Shown in pieces: positions 38,932 to 50,276 of a stretch of 64,000 bases of DNA. The notes beneath the pieces were generated by a model. It made no database searches, was not told the origin of the DNA, and saw only the letters and a list, made by a program, of their open reading frames with translations. The translations under genes and the position numbers were made by a program. The DNA comes from Chiloscyllium plagiosum (Eukaryota), in contig NC_057756.1 of the NCBI RefSeq assembly GCF_004010195.1, positions 8,938,320 through 9,002,319 on the forward strand. The letters run 5' to 3'. Within the stretch, counting starts at the first letter, position 1. Each line of letters begins with the position of its first letter.

Positions 38932-40301
38932 AGCGTGGAACCTTACGACAACAGCACTTGAGCGTCAGGATGGAGCAGCTGGAGAACAAAACCTTCTGGG
39001 GAACAGGGCTGTCCAGCACTGACTGAGTTTCCACTGCACTGAGCCTGGCTCAGGGAAGGGGGAATCAGTCTAGTGTTATGGTGATTGAGTGATTCCTGGT
39101 GGAAAGTTTATGTGGGTGATGCTGCCAGGACCCCATTTGTTGTCCATCTCTAAATGACCCACAATAAGTCCTTGTAGTGTTGGTGCTCCCACACTGGGAA
39201 ACATGGAAAGAGGCTTCAGAAAATTCCTCCTCAGCAGCACCTACTGGTCAAAACCAGGAACTACATTACTGCCAGCAACTGGTTTATATCCAGGATTCAG
39301 ACTCTGGATGGTTTACAGACTGAAAATGCACTGATTATGCAACACACTAACTTGCTATTCTGAAAAAATCTTGATTATCCGTACTCTGTGCTCTCTGTCC
39401 AATGTGATCCTATGCATGTGGTATGTTATTGTTGACTTTCTGATTGGGTGGGAAGAGGAACAACTTTTAACTTTGTGTGGGAGGAGCTAGGTTTGTGGCA
39501 GGGGTTTATTTACCACCAGTATTCTGTACAATCCAAGGGTGAACTGTATTCTGAGTGACACTGGAGGATATGGTTTCTGTTGGTACATTTGAGGCTTTGT
39601 GACAACTGAGTATTGAAAAGTATGGTGGGGACTATAATCTAGAAGGCTTTTTCTGTTAAGTGTGTTGGAATACACTTCTGCTTTCTTAACCCAAAATTGG
39701 CCCTTTGATATTTTTGTCTTTTTCATGAGGTTCATTCATCTGTAAGAACTATGTCACTTTTACTTGTTTTTCTGCAGTTGGAAAGGTGTTTTTTTTTGTA
39801 CTGGTGATGTTTTTAAAAGAAAGGTTGTACTGGAAAAGCTTTTTTTTTTTAATCCCATCGATGTTCTCTGCTTTCCCATGTCTTTTCAAGTCATCAGTCT
39901 CAAAGACAATTTTTGATCCCCTTTGCAGCTTTATCTGATAGGTTTCAGTTGGGGGGAGGGAGGGGAAGTGAAGGTGGAGAAAGAGTTCGTCAGCGAGACT
40001 CATGGATAACACCGTTTCTAGTTCCTCTTTGCTACCTGTTGGGGTCAATTCGTCTGAGGTGCTCCTGAGATTGGGAGGTGTCAGACAGTTGCCCTCACTG
40101 TATTCATTGTCTGATGGGAGTAACTCATTTTCTTCAAGAACAAAGAGCAGCAAAAAAAATGACTCATTTAATATGTGACCTCAGTCTCCATAAATCTCTT
40201 TTAGGTCCCTAATTGACTCTGGTCCTCCTGTTTTATCCTTTTCCTGTTCTTGTGTTTGTGGAAGTCTTTTGATTTACTTTTTGTTAGCTGCCAATCTCTT
40301 G

Positions 40302-41067
40302 TATTAAGAAGTTGAAGTCATGTACTGTACCTTGAGAGTGAACTAAGAGATAACAACAAGCACTTATGTGACTAGATAGTCAGTGTGCTGGAAAATATGT
40401 AACATTTGGGTGTGAAAGGAATACCTGAGTTTTGGTTGGTTAAATTTAAATTGTTGTCAAAAAAACAATCAGTTTAAATTATGCCCCAGGATACTAAAAC
40501 CCAAATTGTTTGAATTTATTGGTTCGATGTTGGCAACATAATGAGATGATCCAATGTTTTGGGGGAGGAAGGGTTATGAATGCAGACATTTTGAAAATTG
40601 GTCAGAGAGCAACTGCCATCAAGACAGAAATGCATAGGGAGCTAACATGCTCACTAAGAAATTAGGAAACACTCTCCATCAAAAGGTACCCTTTCATATG
40701 AAACATACTCATAGTAAAAAGACAGACGACAACCCAGGGAGATCTTCAGCCGGAAGACAGACACAGAAGACTATAGTAGCTGTGTGGTTTTGAAATTAAG
40801 TTGATGTAATTTCAAGTGTCTTATTGGAACAGTATATTGTTATAGAGTTGGAGTCAGATAGTAAGCAATTGAAAGGGGAGTTTAGAGTTGTGAGTAGTTG
40901 TTGTTTTAATGCTTACTTTCAGAGTTAAAAGTTTTGATGTTATTTTCTTTGAACAATAGAATTTGGGAGTTCTCTGTCCCTCATATTTTAACAGATTACA
41001 AGGTGAGGTGAGCTTTTTCTGGGTGTTTGATTTCATTAGCAGAGGGGTTCACCACCGTGTCGTAACA
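40302..41067 (+). mobile_element. probable solo LTR
   Basis: Ends TCGTAACA with a degenerate inverted start TATTAAGA; 4-bp flanks cttg/ctta; the flanking sequence rejoins. Confidence 0.5.
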
Positions 41068-44000
41068 CTTATACTATCCTTGCTTTTCCTATTTGTGATT
41101 TTTTTTTTTTTTGCAATTCTACATTTGGCCTGGTTCCCATTTATAATATCAATCTGCCAAATACCTTTTTTTTTTCTCCTTCATCTCCCTCATCACTTCT
41201 TCTAGCCAGAGTTGTGAATTTCTTTAGCCTATCTGTCCTTCATATGTAGCTTGACTATACCTGAACTGTCTTCTCTATGAAGGCAGTGTGTTGTTCTTTT
41301 ACAGTTTTGTTGCCAGTTTTTGATTCCAGTTCTCCTGGCCCAGTTCTATGGTGTTGATTAACCTGATCAGTCCTGCACCATACCCAGTGGGAATGTTACT
41401 GATTAGCAATTATACCCCTAAGAAGCATGACACTATGTGCAAGCTTAGCTTAGGATATTTTCTTTGGGAGAATAGCACACACCTACATGATGTATGAGCT
41501 GTTGAAAATGAGGTTGTGGCCAAGGAATCCCTAATTGAATCTAATTGGTTTGAACCAAAGCTTTCTGATCATATGTGGAGTCAGACAACCCTGCACTATC
41601 TTCCACCTTCACTCACATACTGTAATCAAACCACTGGCTGGAAGAGGAGGCACTCGGAACAAGGGTTTTTTTTTCTGTTCATTATCTGATTGCAACATTT
41701 CTGCTTTCTTTAAAAGCATTCAAAAGGCCAATTTTGGGTTAATGAAGATCATTTACCAGTAAAATCGGAACAATAATAGTTTAGCTCTCTGCTTTCCTTC
41801 TGTGTGATGGTGGCTTGTTTTTGAAAAATTAAAGTTTTTTTATTTGAAAGTCCATGTTCTCTTTTTTTTTCCAAAATTGTGTGTGTCATTTTTTAAGTTG
41901 CCCTGTGCAGCATCATTCAGTGAGTTTCATTAGGAGGATGGGGGTGAAAATTGTGGGATGGGTGCCCTCATTGGATGAATACTCTCTTCGAGTTACACTC
42001 TAATGACTATGGGGTCAACACCATCTGCCATGGCGAGACTTGATCTTGGGTACCCAGAATATTATCTGGGTCTTTAGATTAATATTCTAGCATTTATACC
42101 ACAAGAACATCACCTCCTCTGTTATTGTTGTTACAAACAAAATGGAGGACAGAGGTCATGCTCTGAAGTTGTTGAACTCTGTGTTGGACCCCAAAGACTA
42201 AAGTATCTTTAAAGTTATGATGAGTGTGGAAATATCAGACAAAGAAAATATTCCTGCTAATTAAAGTACTGAGAACCAGAGGGCACAGTTTTTATGTGTT
42301 TTGTGAAAGAAGCAAATGTGAGGAGGGGGAAAAAAAAAACCTCTTTCATTCAGCAAGTGGTTAGGATTTGGAATGTACTGCCTGGAAGTGTAGTGGAGGT
42401 AGGTTCAATGAAGGCATTCAAGAGGACATTGGGTGATTATTTAAATAGAAAGATGCAGGTTATGGGAAAAAGCTTGGCACTAAGCCTAAATGCTTAGAGA
42501 ATTGATGCAAATGCAATAGACTGAATGGCTTTCTCTTACACTATTAACATTCTACTATTCTATGATTATCCATCTGAATGCCAAGATGGACACTTGAAGC
42601 ATAAGAGATGGGCTGGAAACTGTAAAACTCCTCAGACTGTGTTTGTCACGAGATGTACATTGTAAATACCAAGAGCAATTGCATTGATACACCCAGAGAG
42701 AAACATGGCATGTGAACAGAAACTGAACCATACTCCAACTTCTATCACACCTTAAGTTGAACTGTTACAGAATATAATTTTACAAGAAAGCATACGTTTA
42801 GAAAAAATGAATCCAGTCAGATTCTTTGCCTTCAACTGTTTGTGACAATGCTCTGAAGGTGTTCCTGGGGTATTTAACATGCAAAGAAGCACTTCCAACA
42901 ATGCCATATTTCCCCAGATACAATTTAGACTGATGCTCCTTGGAGGTATGTTCATGGCCTGGGGTTTGTATTTGAACATATGACCGCTCTGTCCCAGAGA
43001 GAGAAAGTGAGGACTGCAGATCAGAATCACTTTTCCAGCACCATACCGTTCTGTCCCAGAGGTCAGAGTTCATGCTTTTTGACTTGTCTGCTGAGGCACA
43101 TTTGATACCATACTCATCTCTGAACCATAATGTTCCAGGTTCTGAACCTGAACACAGAAATCTTGGCTGACACTGCAATGCAATACAGAGGGAGTGTTGG
43201 ACTGTTGTTTGGAGAAGGTACCAAACCATCGGCCTGCTCAGGTGGATGAAAAAGACTGTGGCAATTTTACAAAGAGTGGAGGTAATCTCCCTACAGTCCT
43301 GTCCAATATTTTTACTCATTCCACATCACAACAAAGCACGATTTTTAAATCATTATCATGTTTATGAGATCTTGCTGTGTCCAAATTAGCTGCATAGTTT
43401 CAGACATTACAACACTGACTACACTTCACAAATTACCTCAAAATGTTTTCCAGCTAATGAGAAGTCCAGCAATCTTCAAAAATGCCATATACATGCAAGG
43501 CTTTCTTTTCATCCCTGTAACAACAGTAAATCATTGATGCAGTTCCCAACAAAATCAAACTTTTCTTACATTATCAAAGGATAGTGATAACAATAAAATC
43601 TGTACAAACTGTGTGTGTGTGTGTGTGTGTATATATGGATAGACTGCCTACATGAGATTTTTGTACCGACAAGAACATTTAAAGATTATTAAAGTTAGCA
43701 AATCACAGTTTGTTAGTCCTGCAATCTGTGCTTGATACGTACAATAATACGGAAATCACCAAAGGTACAGAAGACCAAACACCAACATTGTGAAACTGTA
43801 TAACATGGAAGTCAGGGTTAGATACCTTTGAATACATTCTTATATAAAATTCTATATGACAGAATCTTCGGTGTATGACCCCTAGAAGATAATACCCCCA
43901 GGTACATCACCTCTTAATTAAAAAAAACTCCCAGAAGGTAATACCTTCCAATATATCAGCCCCACAGTGCATGATTGCCAAAACATAACACCACGGTACA

Positions 44001-44179
44001 TAGAACATAGAAGAATACAGCGCAGTACAGGCCCTTTGGCCCTCGATGTTGCGCCGATCCAAGCCCACCTAACCTATACTAACCCACTATCCTCCATATA
44101 CCTATCCAAAACTTTCCCTCAGTATAAGTGCCTCAGAAGATAATATCTCTAGTACATAGGCTTAATGTAGGACCCAGAA

Positions 44180-45870
44180 GAAAGTGAGGACCACAGATGC
44201 TGGAGATCAGAGTCGATAGTGGGGTGTTGGAAAAGAACAGCAGGTCAGGCAGCATCTGAGGAGCAGGAAGTTCAATGTTTCGGGCATAAGCCCTTCATCA
44301 GGAATGAGGCTTGTAGGCCAGGGATTTGAGGGATAAATGTGAGGGGGGTGGGGCTGGGGGGGAAGGTAGCTGAGAATGCAATAGGTAGATGAAAGTGGAG
44401 GAGAAGGTGATAGGTCGGAGAGGAGAGTGGAGCGGACAGACGAAAAAGATGATGGACAGGTCAAGAGGGCATTGCAGAGTTGGAGGCTTGGGACTGGGAT
44501 AAGGTGGGGGGGAGGGGAAATGAGGAAACTAGGTGAAATCCACATTAATCCCATGTGGTTGCAGGGTCCCAAGGCAGAAGATGAGGTGTTCTTCCACCAT
44601 GGGTTAGGTGGTTAGGATTTGGTGATGGAGGAGGCCCAGGACCTGCATGTCCTTGACAGAGTGGGATGGGGAGTTGACATGTTCAGCCACAGGGCAGTGA
44701 GGTTGGTTGGTATGGGTCTCCCAGAGATGTTCTCTGAAATGATCCTCAAGTTGGTGTCCTGTCTTCCCGATTTAGAGGAGACCACATCAGATGCAACGGA
44801 TTCAGTAGGTGACATTTGTGGGTACAGGTAAATTCTATCAGATGTGGAAAGATCCTTTGGGGTGTTGGATGGAGGTGGTGGGGGGAGAAAAAAAAAAGTG
44901 TGGGCGCAAGTTTTGCACTTCCTGCGGTGTAAGGGAAAGGTGCCGGGAATGAGTTGAGGGCTGGTGGAGGGTGTGGATCTGACAAGGGAATCACGGAGGG
45001 AATAGTCTCTCTGGAACGCTTATAGGGGTGGGGAGAGAAATATATTCCTTGTAGTGGGGTCTGTTTGTAGGTAGTGGAAGTGGTGAAGGATGATGCAATG
45101 TTCTCAGGATGACCAATTCTACCAAAGAAAATGGTAGAATGGCCTCCTTCAAAGACCACAATTTCCCCTCCCACGTGATCAATGATACCCTCCAGTGAGT
45201 CTCCTCCACTTCCTGCACTTCCACCCTTGAACCCCACCCATCCCAATACAACAAGGACAGAACCTTTCAGGTCCTCACCTTCCACTCCACCAACCTCTAA
45301 GCATCGCATCACCCTCCGCTATTTCCACCACCTCCACCGCTCCACCACTATCCCTGGGACACCCGCACTAACCAACCTCACCACCCAGTGGCTGAACATT
45401 TCAACTCCCCCCTCACTTCACCAAGGACATGCAGGTCCTGGGCCTCCTCCATCTTCAAACCCTAAATACCCGACGCCTGGAGGAAGAATGTCTCATGTTC
45501 CGCCTTGAGACCCTGCAACCATATGGGATTAATGTGGATTTCACTAGTTTCCTCATTTTACTTCCCCCACCTTATCCCAGTCCCAAGTCCCCAACATGGC
45601 ACCGCCCTCTTGACCTGTCAGTACTTCACCCTTTTATCTATCTGCTCCACCCTCCTCTCAGTTCTCTCACCTTCTCCCCCACCTTCATCTACCTACTGCC
45701 TTCCCAGCTACCTTCCCCCCAGCACCCACCCTCCCCCTTCCCATTTATGTCTCCACCTCCCTGGCCCACAAGCCCCATTCCTGATGAAGAGCTTATGCCC
45801 AAAAATGTCAATTGTCCTGCTCCTTGGATGCTACCTGGCCTGCTATCCTTTTCCAGAACCCCATTCTTGA
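44180..45870. mobile_element. Penelope-like element in inverted (tail-out) arrangement
   Basis: Minus arm ~44180-45100 and plus arm ~45110-45870 both contain GIY-YIG C-terminal remnants and a pLTR; degenerate direct repeat cttaatgtaggacccagaa / cttagtacaggacccccagaa on the flanks. Confidence 0.75.
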
Positions 45871-47939
45871 CTTAGTACAGGACCCCCAGAATATAACATA
45901 TCCCATTACATTCACCCTCACACCTCTGAGTATATCACTGCTGTGTTGGACCTTCCCAAATATAAAACATTCCTCAATCTGACATCCCTCAGTGTGGGAT
46001 CCCTATATTACATGTCCCTTGGTGTAGTACTCCGCAATGTAATGTTTCTCAATTTAACATCACCAATCACACTTTCCAGCATTAGGTCAATAGCCTTTGA
46101 ATGTTGTGACATTTCAAGTGCTCATGCAAGTACATTCTAAAGGTTGCGAGGTTATTCACCTCAACTAACCTCTCAGGCAGTGCATTCCAGACCCCAATCA
46201 CATTCTGGGTAAAACTGTTTTCCCTTCCAGTCCATGATGGTGGTGGAGAAGGGCTTGTGTGTACAGCTCATCTGCTTCAACTTTACTTTTTCTTTTGTCA
46301 CCCCTCACTTTCCTTTTATTTTAAACTTAGCCTGTCCTGAGCTTGGATAGCATCAGCAGCAGGAAGAGCCCAGTGCTCAGACCTCAAGTGGTCTCAAGCC
46401 AGGTCCAGGGGTCAGGCCTCAAGCACACCCAGAGCACAGAAGAGTGGGCCCAGAACACAGAGTGGAGCGAATCCGTACTTACTTTTCTGGAGCTAACACA
46501 GGTCCTGGAATAAGAGGCTGCCACATCTGGAGAGGCAACATTGGCGAGGCAGGCCCATCAGCAAAAGATGAGGATCAGCAACTTCATTGTTGGTGGATTT
46601 CAACACTAGCAATGGCGGAATAGAATCATGGCAACATCAATGAGTGTCCTAGGAGCAAGAGATGCGGCTCTGACATGGATTGATTCAGAGCAGGAGTATC
46701 GGTTCAGCAGCAACGATGGCACCTGAGGAGTGGCAACTTCAATGTTCGTTGGGTCTGGTGTAGATGGCAGCAAAGTTGTGGCGGACAGATGGCAGTGCAG
46801 GCATCATTGACGGTGATGAACTGACTCAGGACTGATGGACTCTCTTCAAGCTACATCTTTCTTTTTTATCCTTATTCTTCAATTATTCAAAAGGGCACCA
46901 TTTTGTGGTGACAAATAAAAGCTTTTCACTGTATTGCGTTGTATCCTTATTGTCAAATACACATTACAATCGAATCAAATCCCTGCTCAACCTCCTGCTT
47001 CTCATCTTAACATTTGTTTCTTAACTGCTCTCTGGGTATCCAAGGATGAGCAATAAATGTTGGCCTCAGGCACAGATGCCCACATCCCGTGAATGAATAA
47101 AAACATTAAGAAATGCCAAAGCAAGTTGGGAACTCAATGGGCAACAGAAAGAGGGGGCTTAGAATATTTAAAATGTCAAATATTGAAAATAGATGCAAGG
47201 AAACTGAGGGATGAATTAAACAATTATCTTATAAAGTAATTTCATCTAAATTCAATGCTGCTGTTTGGGAAACACAACAGCTCTCTCTCTCTATTGGCTC
47301 TGCCCATCTGAAAGGGCAAACTGGCAGTTGGCGGGAATTATGTCAATCAGAAGCCACCGCATCCCTCCCCGATAATAACCAGTGTGTAGTTCTATGATTG
47401 ACAAGCCGGAGCCAAATCTGAGTGGCCACAGCACTAACCAATCACCGAGTCAAACACTTTTCTACAGGCCAGATTGGGCACTCATTGGCCATCATCGTTA
47501 ACATATCACCGGGCCGACCTCTACTTGACAGATCATACCATAATCTGATTGACCACTGGATTTTGACGCCGCCCCCTTGGCATGTGCGGAAACCTTTGGA
47601 GGAAAAGAAATGGTGAAAATTTGAAAAGCCAAACTGAATGGCCAATTTCAGAAAGTTCAATGTATTGGAGAGAAACCTATATGAAGGAAGCTCAGGGAAG
47701 CAAATGATTTGGGGCGAGAGGAATGTTTAATGGGATGGGATAAGCATTGGATTTATTCTAAAGGAGTATTTTTTTATTTAAGAATTTATTGTCAGTGGTT
47801 GAAACTTCTCAGAGGAGGTGAACAAGTCTATTTTCTCTTCTCGTCAGTCCCACATTCTTCAATAAAGCCTCCCAAACCCACAACCTCCAGCCTCTCTGAG
47901 AAGCAAAACACAGCAGGAACATGGGAATGCCATCATCTC

Positions 47940-48763
47940 TGTTAGAAACAAACTCAATAAAATTTTAGACGAGACCAACAAATCTGGAAACAAGACAATT
48001 TATTACGGACTTGCAAGTACGGGCTGCAACTGCACAAAGCAATTGAGCGAATTAGACTTGGGTTAGTTTACAATTATACGAGCTGGAAGTTTTTGTTGCA
48101 AACGTTTCGTCCCCTGTCTAGGTGACATCCTCAGTGCTTGGGAGCCTTCTGTGAAGCGCTTCTGTGGCGTTTCACAGGAGGCTCCCAAGCACTGAGGATG
48201 TCACCTAGACAGGGGACGAAACGTTTGCAACCAGCTCGGCGAACAGAACCACAGCAACGAGCACCCGAGCTACAAATCTTCTCACAAACTTTACAATTAT
48301 ACCTTTGAGCTGAGTGAGGTCACCCCTCCAGACTCCTAATTACCAAATCTCTCTTACTCAGCAATACAACTGCCCATCTATGCTCCACTCTTATTACTTC
48401 CCCTTCCCCATGTTGTCAACCTTCCTCCCTGTTAGTGCTGACATTTTCTTTATTTTGTCGATAGTACCTCAAGATATAGTTTAACATTTTGTATCAATAC
48501 TGCTGGTACATACCATTTTCCATACAACTTTATATCATTTTTGTACAGCTCAGACATTTTAGTTATCTCAGTTTTTTTGCTGAAAACTTATTTTAAAAGA
48601 GTTAACTTGCTTATATTATTCTCAAGAATTAGTATTTAATTAACCATAATAATAAGTAAAGATACACTTCCCTAAGTACCTGCAGAGTTAATAATTTTTC
48701 TGCTGGACCCCTTTTCTTCATGTTCTTTTATATCTGCAAAAACACTTCTTTCCATTTCTAACT
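47940..48763 (-). repeat. ERV 3' LTR (contains a 210-bp insertion)
   Basis: Matches 56049-56654; AATAAA on minus at 47999-48004; purine tract aaaagaaatgggggagg immediately upstream (48764-48780). Confidence 0.9.
48080..48289. mobile_element. fold-back double-hammerhead mini-element (third family) in the 3' LTR
   Basis: 13-bp TSD tttacaattatac; absent from the 5' LTR; cores at 48192-48225 (+) and 48101-48134 (-): CTGAGGA-t-gtcacct(agac)aggggac-GAAA-CG-TT. Confidence 0.9.
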
Positions 48764-48871
48764 CCTCCCCCATTTCTTTTATTTTACTATTTGTTGTTTT
48801 TGCAATTTTTACTCTCTGCCCTCTTTTCACCGCAAGGTGTAGAGATTCACAATCTTACCATTTCTGCTCTC

Positions 48872-50147
48872 CTAAGTCTGCCTTTTCTTTTCAAACTCTA
48901 CGAGTAATCTATTACTCTCTCTTTCTTGTGTGTTTAATGTGGTCATGATCATCATTGATTGGTGACCTCCCAAGGACATTATCAACTTATTCATTATCCA
49001 CTTTAACACATTAAATCCTATTATTAGTCCTACTATTATTAGTAAGACATAAATGCCTAAATTAGCTAACCATTTTCCCCAACTGGTCACCCCATTCCCA
49101 TCTCTCATCTTTTTGAGGTTTATTCTCAACTTCTTTAATATTCTTTATTTTTTTCTTTACTATTTCTGCCTTATCTTCTACTAGGGAATTGGCGTCTGGG
49201 ATGAAGGTGCAATTAGTGCACAGGTTTCCCCTTTTTCGGCCAAGAGATAATCTAGAGCCATTCGATTTTGTAAAGCTGTTAATCTTGCGGCAATCATTTT
49301 GGTGGTTATGGCCGATATTTGGGTCTGAGTTTCTTCCATTACATCAGAAGTATTATTAATTAATTTCTCAAGGGCAGCGCCAGTTTATGTATCTCTCCCC
49401 CTGCCCTTGCAGTACCGTAGCTTGGGAATAATGTCCATAACTGACGGTCAGAGACCTCTCGGGTCTTACATTTTACTCCCCCTTTATTTCTCAGGTTGTG
49501 TTCATGTTTTTCTAATCGGAGGCGAGGAATTATATAAGCAATAGCAGCCACTCCAACTTTTCTTGTTTTGAGGCAATGACTCATCAACATCAAAACATGC
49601 ATTTCTTCCTATACATTCGGTTATTCGAATGTATTTCTCCCCGGGAATAAATAGATAGGCCTTCCGGCCACATACCCAATATGTTCCATTCAATATTTGG
49701 GGAACGGTCTTGGCCGTGGCTTGGCTGGTGTAGACACAAGATGATTTTCCTAATTGGAAGGGTGCAGCATTATTCCGATTACAAAAGCAGGTGGTATTTA
49801 TTGCTCCTTTCAGTGGGGTAATTATAAAGTCAACGATAATACCCTTGGTTCTCGGAGCTGGTCTAGGGAACCACCCTGCAAAGTTATATTTATCCTTTTC
49901 GTGACTCCACATTGTTATTTGTGCCTGAATTAAATTGTTGCACATCATACACTTCCTTTTTGGTAAGTGGTATTACTGAGGTGGGGATTCCAGATTCACC
50001 ATGGTGTGGGACCTCTGCACAGACCCAACAATTAGTAAGTCCTTTTTGTTCAGCATAATTTTGGCATAGTGTAGTAAAGTGATTTCTCCAGTTTCCTCGA
50101 ATAGTTAGTATTACTATTGTTATAATATTATACCAATACTCTCCCAT
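48872..50147 (-). pseudogene. env: ERV envelope (gamma-type), frameshifted
   Basis: Signal-like N-terminus, CWVC motif, ISD LQNRMALDYLLAEKGETC, TM LGIYVLLIIVGLIIGFNVL. Confidence 0.9.
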
Positions 50148-50276
50148 TTCTAACAACTATCTACCTTCCTATCTATCTGTCTTATTTCTTTAGGCGCCAG
50201 GAAGAGGTGAGTCCACACAGCCCTTACAATCAATAACAATATATCAGCAAACTTTAAAAGAGTCTTTTTTCTCAAT

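Noticed and set aside
34186..39500. B30.2/PRY-SPRY exon that would make gene B a butyrophilin
   Set aside because: No such ORF or motifs were seen; the region is CR1 debris plus the short tail blocks
43860..44175. degenerate ~30-35 bp tandem repeat (continues 45875-46070)
   Set aside because: Too decayed to define a unit; looks like an ordinary old minisatellite split by a Penelope insertion
48872..50147. domesticated (syncytin-like) env
   Set aside because: Multiple frameshifts and a deletion in the CX6CC region
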